In this document: piece by piece, positions 55,626 to 64,000 of the stretch
How positions within the stretch are numbered: position 1 is the stretch's first letter
Layout: each line of letters starts with the position of its first letter
Assembly (NCBI GenBank): GCA_964520485.1
Contig: CAZFNC010000001.1
Span: forward strand, 495 to 64,494
DNA from: an uncultured Synergistaceae bacterium
Lineage (GTDB): Bacteria; Synergistota; Synergistia; Synergistales; Dethiosulfovibrionaceae
Length of the DNA stretch: 64,000 nucleotides
Direction: 5' to 3'
Program-made: the position numbers and the translations under genes
Notes under the pieces: model-generated
Databases searched by the model: none
What the model was told of the DNA's origin: nothing
What the model saw: the letters and a program-made list of their open reading frames with translations, nothing else

Positions 55626-56569
55626 GCAGGGAATCGGTGATCCTGTTTTTTGTCCTCTTCGCGTGCGAGATCGTCGCGCAGCGTTCGTGGATCAGATGGC
55701 TCCACGCGCGGCACGTGTCGCAGGTTCAGAAAGCCTACGGCACGCGGATCGACGCCGACGTGAAGGCGAAAGTGCCCGCGATGGGCGGCGTCGTGTTCAT
55801 GCTGATCGGCTCGGGGATGCTGATCTCCTCCCTGCTAGGGCGCAGCGCTGGGGGCGCCGCGTTCTGGGCATATCCGCTTTTGTCCGGTTCCGTCGGCTTA
55901 GCGGACGACCTGGTGAAATATCGTGGACATTCCAGCGAAGGCTTGAGCAGCGTACAGAAATTTGCCCTGCAGTCGGCGGTGACGGCGGTCTGGTTCGTTC
56001 TGCTTGCCGCGCAGGACATGACGCCTTCGCTGTGGGGCGCATGGTCGGTCGGTTTCTTTGTCTGGCCCGCGGCTTTTTTCTTTGCCGTCGGCATCCTGAA
56101 CGCTGTCAACGTTACCGACGGCCTGGACGGACTTTCAGCCGGCGGGTGTGCCGTCAGTTTCGCCGTTCTGGCGTGCCTCGGTTCGGACAGATGTTTCGGC
56201 GCGACGATCGGGACGGCACTGTCGCTCGCGTTCCTATGGCATAACTGTCATCCCGCGAAGGTCTTCATGGGCGACTCCGGAGCGCATTTCCTCGCCGCTC
56301 TGATGGTCTCGTGCGCCTTTATGGGCGGCGGGGTCCTCGTGCTTGTTCCGGCCGCCGCAGGATTCGGCATCGAAATGCTCTCGGTCGTGATTCAGCTTGT
56401 GGCGATTCACGCGTTCGGCAGGAAAGTTTTTCTGATGAGCCCGATTCACCATCACTTCCAGCTTCTCGGCTGGCCGGAGGAACTGATCGTCGTGAGATTC
56501 TGGCTGATGCACGGATTGCTCGCGTCTCTCCTCGCCGCCGCGGGGACGATCGTCTCGCGGCCGTTCTGA
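55622..56569 (+). CDS. mraY: Phospho-N-acetylmuramoyl-pentapeptide transferase
   Basis: PAMGG, GLADDLVK, NAVNVTDGLDGL, KVFMGDSG, MSPIHHHFQ. Confidence 0.95.
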   Translation: MSRESVILFFVLFACEIVAQRSWIRWLHARHVSQVQKAYGTRIDADVKAKVPAMGGVVFMLIGSGMLISSLLGRSAGGAAFWAYPLLSGSVGLADDLVKYRGHSSEGLSSVQKFALQSAVTAVWFVLLAAQDMTPSLWGAWSVGFFVWPAAFFFAVGILNAVNVTDGLDGLSAGGCAVSFAVLACLGSDRCFGATIGTALSLAFLWHNCHPAKVFMGDSGAHFLAALMVSCAFMGGGVLVLVPAAAGFGIEMLSVVIQLVAIHAFGRKVFLMSPIHHHFQLLGWPEELIVVRFWLMHGLLASLLAAAGTIVSRPF

Positions 56570-56612
56570 GGCGGGAGAGGATCGGCGGGATACGTCGGAG
56601 GTGTGTGCGCGG

Positions 56613-57956
56613 ATGGTTCAACGTGTGACGATTGTCGGCGCCGGCGTGAGCGGGCGCGCCTTGGCGCTTTTTGCGTCGAGAGGCGGTGCGAGGGTTTTCG
56701 TCACCGAGGAGCGCGGAGAGCTTGCCCCCGAGACGGCAAAGCTGTTCGGGCGGACGGGAATAGAGTGGGAGTGCGGCGGACACACCCCGCGCTGCTGCGA
56801 GTGCGATCTGATGGTCGTCGGTTCGGGGGTGCCTGAAAAATCCCCTGCCGTCGCGATGGCGCGCGAGAGGGGGATCCCCGTCCGAGGCGAGCTCGATTAT
56901 ATCGCGCCTTTCCTGCGAGGGAAGCTGATCGCCGTCACGGGCACGAACGGCAAGACGACGTGCGCGTCGCTCGTCGCGCACATCTTGCGCGGAAACGGCC
57001 TGAACGCCGTCGCCGCCGGAAATATCGGCGAGCCTCTGGCGTCCCATGCCGGCATCGAATATGACGCGATCGTGGCGGAACTGAGCAGCTTTCAGCTGCA
57101 TTGGAACACGAAACTGAGGCCGGACGTGGCTGTTCTGACAAATCTGGCCCCCGATCATATCGACTGGCACAGCGGTTATGAAAATTATGTCGCCGACAAG
57201 CGCAAAATCTTCCTGCCTAAAGCGGGAAGCTGGGCCATAGTCCACGCGAGCGAGGTTCCCCACGTGCCGCAGGGGCGAATGTACGCGGCGCTCGGGGGCG
57301 GGCGCGGCGCGCGTATCCTGGTCGAAAGAGGACGCGTCGTCCTGGAAAAAGACGGGGATTCCCGCGTGTTGTTCCACGCGGATACCTTGCCGTTGATCGG
57401 CTCGCACAACGTCGAAAATGCCGCCATGTCCGCGGCGGCGGCGGTACTTGCCTTTCCGCGCATCGACGTGGAAAAGACGCTGCCGTCGTACCGTCCGCCG
57501 CGCCATCGTTGTGAAAAGGTCGGGACGGTGGGAGGCGTTCTGTACGTGGACGACTCCAAAGGGACGAACGTCGCCGCGGCCGCGACGGCGCTGCGCAGCG
57601 TTCCCGGGCGCAAGGTGGTCATCCTCGGCGGACAAGGGAAGGGCGAGAGCTACGAAACGCTCGCGGCCGTCGTGAAAGAACAGGCGTTTGCCGCTGTCGT
57701 CATCGGTTCCGAGGCTCCGGCCATCTGCGAAGCTCTCGCGGCAGCCGGTTTTACTCGCTTCACGCGCGCGGCAAACATGGAAGATGCCGTGGCCTGTGCG
57801 GCGGCCTGCGCGAAAGAGGGCGATACCGTCCTGCTTTCGCCAGCCTGCACGAGTTGGGACATGTATCGCAATTTCAACGAACGGGGGGATCACTTTGCGG
57901 CACTCGTCAGAAAACTGCGCACGGACGCTGCCGACAGCGCGCTTTTACAGTTATGA
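56613..57956 (+). CDS. murD: UDP-MurNAc-L-Ala--D-Glu ligase
   Basis: GAGVSG, TGTNGKTT, ELSSFQL, DDSKGTN, LLSPACTSWDMYRNF. Confidence 0.95.
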   Translation: MVQRVTIVGAGVSGRALALFASRGGARVFVTEERGELAPETAKLFGRTGIEWECGGHTPRCCECDLMVVGSGVPEKSPAVAMARERGIPVRGELDYIAPFLRGKLIAVTGTNGKTTCASLVAHILRGNGLNAVAAGNIGEPLASHAGIEYDAIVAELSSFQLHWNTKLRPDVAVLTNLAPDHIDWHSGYENYVADKRKIFLPKAGSWAIVHASEVPHVPQGRMYAALGGGRGARILVERGRVVLEKDGDSRVLFHADTLPLIGSHNVENAAMSAAAAVLAFPRIDVEKTLPSYRPPRHRCEKVGTVGGVLYVDDSKGTNVAAAATALRSVPGRKVVILGGQGKGESYETLAAVVKEQAFAAVVIGSEAPAICEALAAAGFTRFTRAANMEDAVACAAACAKEGDTVLLSPACTSWDMYRNFNERGDHFAALVRKLRTDAADSALLQL

Positions 57957-59007
57957 TACAGCGCCCTGCGGCAGCGTGTACGGGCTGTGGGTTCTGCCTC
58001 TGATCCTCTCGACGTGCGGTGTCGTCGCCGTCGCTTCGATGACCGGCTGGACGATCTCGTCCCCAGGCATGAAACAGTTCATCTGGTTTGGGATCGCCTT
58101 CACCGGTTTCACGGTCGTCACGCGGATTCCGTTGAAATTCTGGTACCGCTGGAGCCTAGTGTTTCTGTGCCTTTCCTTAGTTCTGATGATTCTGACCGTC
58201 GCTTCTCCGCTGCGCGTCAGCGTAAAGGGCGCTTCGCGATGGCTGAGGTTTGGCCCCGTCAATTTTCAGCCGCTGGAGTTCGTCAGTCTGGTCATGATGA
58301 TTCACCTGTCCAAGGTATACAGTCGAGTTGAGAACGTCTGGTCGGCGTTCATCGCCACGGCGATCATCTTTTCCCCGTTTGCCTTTGTGATCATGAAGCA
58401 GCCCGATTTTGGGGGTCTGCTGTTGCTTTTCGGCATCGCGGGGGCGCTTTTCGTCGAACGGTACGGTTTCTCGATCCCACTGATGGGCGCCGCCGCCGTC
58501 TCCCCCGTACTGTGGTACCTAGCCAACAGCGGTTATCGTGCCGAACGCATCATGACGTGGCTCGACCCATGGAACGATCCTCTGGGATCGGGGTACCAGG
58601 TGATTCAGGGGCTGATCGCGTTCGCCAATGGGAACGTGTGGGGCATAGGTTTGGGTCGCGGACAGCAGTTTTTGCCCGAAATCCACAACGATTTCATCTT
58701 CCCCGCGCTCGGGGAACAGGTCGGATTGATCGGCACGTTCTGCGTGTTCATGATTTTCCTCTTCTGGACGCTGTGCGTATATTCCGCGTACAAGAATGCG
58801 CTGCCGAAAAGGCGCATCGTCATCTGGGGCTGCTGCGTGGCAGTGCTGTTGCCCTTTTTCATCAACCTGGGCGGCGTGATGAAAGTCATCCCCATGACGG
58901 GGATGCCCCTGCCGTTCATCAGCTACGGAGGAACTTCGCTTGTTTTCATGTGGGCGAGGGTGGGGCTGCTGGTTAGACTCGTTCGCGAACCCGAAGAGGA
59001 GATTTAG
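57895..59007 (+). CDS. ftsW: SEDS family peptidoglycan polymerase FtsW (start uncertain)
   Basis: GASRWL, FQPLE, QPDFG, LDPW, SGYQVIQ, PEIHNDFIF, LPFISYGGTS; TTG at 57895 chosen tentatively. Confidence 0.88.
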   Translation: MRHSSENCARTLPTARFYSYDTAPCGSVYGLWVLPLILSTCGVVAVASMTGWTISSPGMKQFIWFGIAFTGFTVVTRIPLKFWYRWSLVFLCLSLVLMILTVASPLRVSVKGASRWLRFGPVNFQPLEFVSLVMMIHLSKVYSRVENVWSAFIATAIIFSPFAFVIMKQPDFGGLLLLFGIAGALFVERYGFSIPLMGAAAVSPVLWYLANSGYRAERIMTWLDPWNDPLGSGYQVIQGLIAFANGNVWGIGLGRGQQFLPEIHNDFIFPALGEQVGLIGTFCVFMIFLFWTLCVYSAYKNALPKRRIVIWGCCVAVLLPFFINLGGVMKVIPMTGMPLPFISYGGTSLVFMWARVGLLVRLVREPEEEI

Positions 59008-59027
59008 TCCGTGAGGAGGAGAGTCGT

Positions 59028-60065
59028 GTGGTTACCAGAGTTCTGCTGGCCGCGGGCGGCACCGGAGGACATATTATCCCCTCTATCGCTTTCGGCCGCT
59101 GGCTTCGCGAGACTGGAAAGGAAGTTTCGTGGCTGTCCGGCAGCCGCCGTCTTGAAAGTGATATCTACGCCGCGCACGGGATTTCCCCCGAACGGCTGTC
59201 GCTGGAAGGATCTCCGCTCGGCGTCTCGGGTTTCCGCTCCCTGGCGCGGTGGAAGCAGCTTTTCCTTTCGTTTTTCGAGGCCAGGGGCGCGCTGAAAAAG
59301 ACCCGCGCCGAAGCCTGTGTGCTTTTCGGCGGTTACCTCTCGCTGCCCGTCCTGATGGCCGCGAAATCCATGGGCGTCCCCGTGCTGATGCACGAACAGA
59401 ACACCGTCGCCGGCAAGGTGACGCGGCTGGCGGCGCGGTTGGGCGTACCCGTGGCCTGCGCCTGGCCCGAGTGCCGCGGACTTGCCCCTGAAAAGAGGAT
59501 CGAAGTCGGGATGCCGCTTCGCAAGATTGTCCTCGGAGATCGTTCCGCGGCGCAGAAAGAACTTATCGGCGAAGTCCTGCCGCGCAATCGGAAACTGATC
59601 GTCATCCTGGGCGGTTCCTTGGGCAGTTCCGGAATGAACGACGTGCTGCGGAACTCTCAAAATATGATAAAATCTACAGGTTGTAAAATCCTCTGTATGG
59701 GGATGACGCCGCAAAACCGGCCGTTCCCGGAGGCGTTAACGCATGAAGCGAGCTGGCACATGGGCCCTGTTTATTCCGCGGCCGACGCCGTTGTGTGCAG
59801 GGCGGGGGCTTCCACCCTCGCCGAACTGGAAGCTTTGGGCATCCCTGTCGTCGTCGTACCGTGGATGCGATCTGCCGACGGGCATCAGCTGGGCAACGCC
59901 CTGCTGTTCGCAAAGAGGACGGGCGCTCCCGTCCTCCTCGAAGGAAACATGCCCCGGGAGTTCGGACAAACCCTCGCGTCGCTTTGCGAGCGAAAAGCCG
60001 CTCGCGCGGATCTGAATGCCGGATCGTTCAATCTGGGCAAAGTTCTTGACAGTTTAACCGCCTGA
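59028..60065 (+). CDS. murG: Undecaprenyl-PP-MurNAc-pentapeptide GlcNAc transferase
   Basis: GGTGGHI, HEQNTVAG, GGSLG, RAGASTLAEL, HQLGNA. Confidence 0.95.
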   Translation: MVTRVLLAAGGTGGHIIPSIAFGRWLRETGKEVSWLSGSRRLESDIYAAHGISPERLSLEGSPLGVSGFRSLARWKQLFLSFFEARGALKKTRAEACVLFGGYLSLPVLMAAKSMGVPVLMHEQNTVAGKVTRLAARLGVPVACAWPECRGLAPEKRIEVGMPLRKIVLGDRSAAQKELIGEVLPRNRKLIVILGGSLGSSGMNDVLRNSQNMIKSTGCKILCMGMTPQNRPFPEALTHEASWHMGPVYSAADAVVCRAGASTLAELEALGIPVVVVPWMRSADGHQLGNALLFAKRTGAPVLLEGNMPREFGQTLASLCERKAARADLNAGSFNLGKVLDSLTA

Positions 60066-60079
60066 AAGGGGAATCTCAC

Positions 60080-61510
60080 GTGGATTGTCATAAGGTCGAT
60101 CTCACAAAAGTGCGCAGTATCCATTTAATGGGTGTCGGCGGAGCGGGCATGAGCGGCCTTGCTTTGCTGTTCCATGAGATGGGATATGACGTAAGCGGCT
60201 GTGACATGGGACGTAACAGTTACGCTGAAAAGATTGAACAGGCGGGCGTCAAGGTGCTTTACGGGCATGACGTGCGCCATCTGGACGACTGCGCCGTCGA
60301 TCTGCTGGCGTACAGCAGCGCGATTCCCCCCGACAACGCAGAACTGAAGGCGGCATCGGAACGCGGCATCCCTGTCCTCCAGAGGGCCGAGCTCCTCAGC
60401 CTGCTGTTTGATTCAAGATTGGGAATCGGAGTCGCCGGAACGCACGGCAAGACGACGACGACCTCCCTGATCAGCTATATCCTCGAACAGGCGGACATGA
60501 ACCCGACGATCGCCGTCGGCGGAGAACTGTGCGACATCGGCTGCAACGCAAGGCTCGGCACGGGAAAGTACATGGTCGCCGAACTGGATGAGAGCGACGG
60601 TTCCTTTGAGTTCTTCCATCCGTATTATTCGATCGTGACTAACGTCGACTGGGATCACGTCAACCATTACCCCGACCTTCAGTCGGTCGTCGATGCGTTC
60701 GTCCGCTTTCTCGGCAACACACGCCCCGGCGGCAGGATGTTCCTCTGCGGCGAAGACGCCGGCGTCAGGCGAGTGATCGAGAAGCTTCCGTCGGGGGCAA
60801 AGGAGCGAGTATCGCTGTTCGGGCGCGGGCCGTCGTACGATTACAGCGCGTCGGACATCGATTATCACTGCGGAGGCGGTCTGCGCTACACCTTCACGGC
60901 GAAGGGCAAAAAACAGGGGACGGTCGAGCTGGTCGTTTCCGGTGAACATAACGTCATTGATTCGCTGGCCGCGTGCGGAGTTGCGTTCGAGCTGGGAGTC
61001 CCCTTCCCGATCGTCCAGAAGGCGATGCGGAAGTTTCACGGCGCCAAGCGACGGCTCCAGCTCTGCGCCGTCTGCCCCGACAACATTCTCGTCTACGACG
61101 ATTACGGTCATCACCCCAGCGAGATGAACGCCACGCTGAAGGCGCTGCGGCTTATGTACCCCGACCGCCGCATTGTGCTGGTCTTTCAGCCTCACCGTTA
61201 CACGAGGACACAGGCGCTGTCAGACCGCTTCGCCAAGGTTCTGTCCAGCGTGCCGCAGTCTGTGCTCCTGCCCATCTACCCTGCGGACGAGAAGCCGATT
61301 CCAGGGGTTTCCTCGGCGCTGATCAGCTCCGAAGTCGAAAAACTGGGAGGGCACTGCGTGCCGGTTGAGAACAAGCTCAAGGCGGTCGAGGCGGTGCTGT
61401 CCCGAGTCCGCGCCGACGACCTGATCCTCACGGAAGGCGCTGGCGATGTCTGTGTCGTCGGGGATTTGCTTGTGCAGGAGCTGAACAGGCGTCCGACTTC
61501 GGCCCTTTAA
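60080..61510 (+). CDS. murC: UDP-N-acetylmuramate--L-alanine ligase
   Basis: GVGGAGMSGLA, AGTHGKTTT, ELDESDG, DDYGHHP, FQPHRYTRT. Confidence 0.96.
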   Translation: MDCHKVDLTKVRSIHLMGVGGAGMSGLALLFHEMGYDVSGCDMGRNSYAEKIEQAGVKVLYGHDVRHLDDCAVDLLAYSSAIPPDNAELKAASERGIPVLQRAELLSLLFDSRLGIGVAGTHGKTTTTSLISYILEQADMNPTIAVGGELCDIGCNARLGTGKYMVAELDESDGSFEFFHPYYSIVTNVDWDHVNHYPDLQSVVDAFVRFLGNTRPGGRMFLCGEDAGVRRVIEKLPSGAKERVSLFGRGPSYDYSASDIDYHCGGGLRYTFTAKGKKQGTVELVVSGEHNVIDSLAACGVAFELGVPFPIVQKAMRKFHGAKRRLQLCAVCPDNILVYDDYGHHPSEMNATLKALRLMYPDRRIVLVFQPHRYTRTQALSDRFAKVLSSVPQSVLLPIYPADEKPIPGVSSALISSEVEKLGGHCVPVENKLKAVEAVLSRVRADDLILTEGAGDVCVVGDLLVQELNRRPTSAL

Positions 61511-61544
61511 ATATGCGAGCCGCACAGGGGAGGGAAAGACGGCA

Positions 61545-62315
61545 GTGCAGAGGAAATGGCCTTGTTTCCTGATGTCTTTTCTGGCTGGGGCGTGTCTGTG
61601 CCTGAACGACCGCTTTCAGCCGTTTCACCTGAGGTCGCTGCGGATCAAGGATTTCTCGACGGAAGCCGAGATGTCGCTCCGCGACTGGGGCGATTCTTTC
61701 CTGGGCTTTCATCCGGCGTGGCTGTTGGCGCGCAAGGATTTGCGCGAGTTTGAGCGCAAGTATCCCCTCAAGGTTAAGGCGGACTGGACGCCGTGGCGCG
61801 GCGAACTGGAGCTGACGGCTGTGCCGTTTGTTCCCTCGATGAAACTTGTTTGGCGACATAGCGATTATCTTGTCGCCGAAGACGGGACGGCGTGGCGCGG
61901 CGAACTCTGGAGACAGTCGATGAGCCTCGATTTCCCTGAACTGCCCTCGATGGACGTAGGGGCTTCCTTCCCTCTGATGAAGGAGTCGGACGGCAGCTCT
62001 TATTCTCGTCTGAACGTTCCCTACGGATGGCTTCACTCCCTCTGGACGGGGATGCACGCGCTGAAGGATGTCAAGGTGGACGATCTTCTGCTGGCGCGGC
62101 GCGGCGGCGAGGATGTCATCACCTGCGTCTTTCAGCCGACGAAGGGCGGAGGACACTTTTCTTTCACGGGAAACGTTTCAGGGTATGAAAAAAGCCTCAT
62201 GGTCGTGAAAGAACTGATAGACGAAAGACCGGATGTGAACATGTCGATCGACGCGACATACGAGGATAAAATCATCATTCGCAGGGAAAGCGAACCGATC
62301 GAGGAAAGTTCCTGA
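61545..62315 (+). CDS. Divergent FtsQ/DivIB-like protein (by position)
   Basis: N-terminal hydrophobic anchor; YLVAEDG; between murC and ftsA. Confidence 0.55.
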   Translation: MQRKWPCFLMSFLAGACLCLNDRFQPFHLRSLRIKDFSTEAEMSLRDWGDSFLGFHPAWLLARKDLREFERKYPLKVKADWTPWRGELELTAVPFVPSMKLVWRHSDYLVAEDGTAWRGELWRQSMSLDFPELPSMDVGASFPLMKESDGSSYSRLNVPYGWLHSLWTGMHALKDVKVDDLLLARRGGEDVITCVFQPTKGGGHFSFTGNVSGYEKSLMVVKELIDERPDVNMSIDATYEDKIIIRRESEPIEESS

Positions 62316-62333
62316 CGAAAGGGAGGAGTGCGC

Positions 62334-63650
62334 ATGGGCAGAGATTCCGACGTTCTTGTCGGCCTTGACCTCGGCACGAAAAAAATCGTCGTCGCCGTCG
62401 CCGAGCGCGAGGAAGACGAGCCGGGAAAAGCTCAGATCATCGGCGTCGGACACTCGGACTCAAGGGGTTTTCGCAAAGGCATGATCGTCAACCTCGAACA
62501 GGCGGTCGGTTCCATCTCCGATGCGGTCGCCGATGCCGAGTCCGTATTGAGCGGCGTTAAAATAGAGCAGGTTGTCGTCGCGTTCAGCTGCTACGACGTG
62601 AAAAGTCGCTTTCTCCACGGCACGATCACGCTGGGGACGACCGCCCGTCAGATCGAGGACAAAGACGTAGAGCGCGTCATCGAGACGGCTCTCAGCGATT
62701 TGCAGCTGCCCCTGAGCAACGTGGTCATCCATACGGTTCCGATCAAGTATTCGATCGACGGAACCGGCGGCATCGACAATCCTCTCGACATGACGGGGAC
62801 ACAGCTTGAAGTCGATCTTACCGCGCTGGTGATCCCTATCTCCATCGCGCAAAATGTGGTAAACTGTGTGGAGAGGGCAGGGCTCCGCGTCGTGGGGCTG
62901 ATCCTCAAGCCTCTCGCCGAAGCCCTTGGCACGCTGACGGCGGAGGAACGGGAGATCGGCGCGACGGTGGTGACGATAGGCGGCGGCACGACAAGCGTGG
63001 CCGTTTTTTCGGACGGACGCCTGCGCCACGCAGGCGAGATTCCCGTCGGCGGAGACCACATCACGAGCGACATCTCCTACATCAAGAAAATCCCGATCGC
63101 GCTTGCCGAGGACGTCAAAAAGGCAATCAACATCTCTCCCGACGAACGCTCGACAGGCGAATACGAGGTCGAACTGCGTCGGCAGAAGGTGACTTTGGAG
63201 AAAGAGGACCTGGCGGATATCATCGAGAGCCGGCTGGACGAACTGTTCGACGGAAGTATCGTGCCTTGCCTGAACGGGGTCCGCAATTTGGGACTTTCAA
63301 CGGACGTGGTGTTCACAGGCGGCGTGATGCTCACGCCGGGAATTGACCGTTTCATCGAGGAGCATCTGGGCATGGCGGCGAGAACCGGCGTTCCCGTGCT
63401 CTGCGAGCAGATGCAGGACGGCCGTAACGACTGCCGCTATACGGCCGCGGCGGGCATCATCGTCTATATCAACGAGAAGCGGAAGGACGTGTACTCGTAC
63501 ATCGAGCCGCCGCTCGGTCTGCTCAAGGAAATTGTCAAGAGTAAGACAACGACCTTCAAGCAGAAAGGATCGCGCCGTCCGTCTGGTTCCATTCTGAACA
63601 AGCTGGCGCGTTGTGCGAAAGATATCTTCAAAGAGTTAGATTTATATTAA
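62334..63650 (+). CDS. ftsA: Cell division protein FtsA
   Basis: GLDLGT, KGMIVNLE, TIGGGTT, GGDHITSDI, AEDVK, VFTGG. Confidence 0.95.
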   Translation: MGRDSDVLVGLDLGTKKIVVAVAEREEDEPGKAQIIGVGHSDSRGFRKGMIVNLEQAVGSISDAVADAESVLSGVKIEQVVVAFSCYDVKSRFLHGTITLGTTARQIEDKDVERVIETALSDLQLPLSNVVIHTVPIKYSIDGTGGIDNPLDMTGTQLEVDLTALVIPISIAQNVVNCVERAGLRVVGLILKPLAEALGTLTAEEREIGATVVTIGGGTTSVAVFSDGRLRHAGEIPVGGDHITSDISYIKKIPIALAEDVKKAINISPDERSTGEYEVELRRQKVTLEKEDLADIIESRLDELFDGSIVPCLNGVRNLGLSTDVVFTGGVMLTPGIDRFIEEHLGMAARTGVPVLCEQMQDGRNDCRYTAAAGIIVYINEKRKDVYSYIEPPLGLLKEIVKSKTTTFKQKGSRRPSGSILNKLARCAKDIFKELDLY

Positions 63651-63677
63651 GGGCAAAGCCAAGGAGGATCGGTTTCT

Positions 63678-64000
63678 ATGGATGACAATGAGATCTTCTC
63701 AGTGAAGCGCGATGTGCCTATCAGTCCCGGCGACGATTCGAACCTGATCGAGGTTCCCCGTGAAGTGATCAAGGTTGTCGGCGTCGGCGGCGCGGGCGGC
63801 AACGCCCTGAATACGATCATTCGGTCGGGCACCGACGACGTCGATTTTATCGCCGCCAACACGGACGTGGCCGCGCTTCGTCTCTCCGAGGCCCACGACA
63901 GGCTCGTCCTTGGCAAGTCGCTGACCAAAGGCCGCGGCGCCGGAGCCAATCCCGAAATCGGCGAGAAGGCGGCGGAGGAGTCGGAGGAAGAGATCACATC
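63678..64000 (+). CDS. ftsZ: Cell division protein FtsZ, 3'-truncated by window edge
   Basis: [28 protein letters not shown]. Confidence 0.96.
   Translation, partial: MDDNEIFSVKRDVPISPGDDSNLIEVPREVIKVVGVGGAGGNALNTIIRSGTDDVDFIAANTDVAALRLSEAHDRLVLGKSLTKGRGAGANPEIGEKAAEESEEEIT

Overview
GC-rich bacterial chromosome segment, mostly core genome. Lineage is probably Synergistota (Pyramidobacter-like); this is an inference from gene content and protein style, not a database match. Contents in order: partial wecB, cls, three MATE pumps, HU, a degenerate acyl-CoA synthetase-like gene coupled to plsY, ctsR-clpC, infC-rpmI-rplT, pheST, zapB/zapA-like-cvpA-mutS2, serC-serA-phosphatase, a decaying LysR/CitMHS/HMG-CoA-lyase block, a C39-like peptidase-nikR-MATE operon, purine permease-PRTase, asparaginase, L,D-transpeptidase, tRNA-fMet and tRNA-Met, galE-LTA-synthase-like, lemA, a small protein plus ArsA/Get3-like ATPase, thioesterase-ROK-vWA-creA, csoR-copA, RNase P RNA, and the dcw cluster from mraZ to partial ftsZ. 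I saw no CRISPR array, transposase, integrase, prophage or rRNA. Best candidates for undescribed biology: (1) an ADP-forming acyl-CoA synthetase homologue lacking both phospho-histidines and coupled to plsY; (2) a small conserved protein plus a Cys-poor ArsA/Get3-like ATPase with no ars or cstA partner nearby; (3) a CtsR-controlled ClpC lacking the M-domain and one pArg-site Glu, with no mcsAB; (4) a C39-like peptidase-NikR-MATE operon. Family comparisons use recalled motif knowledge and need HMM or alignment confirmation.
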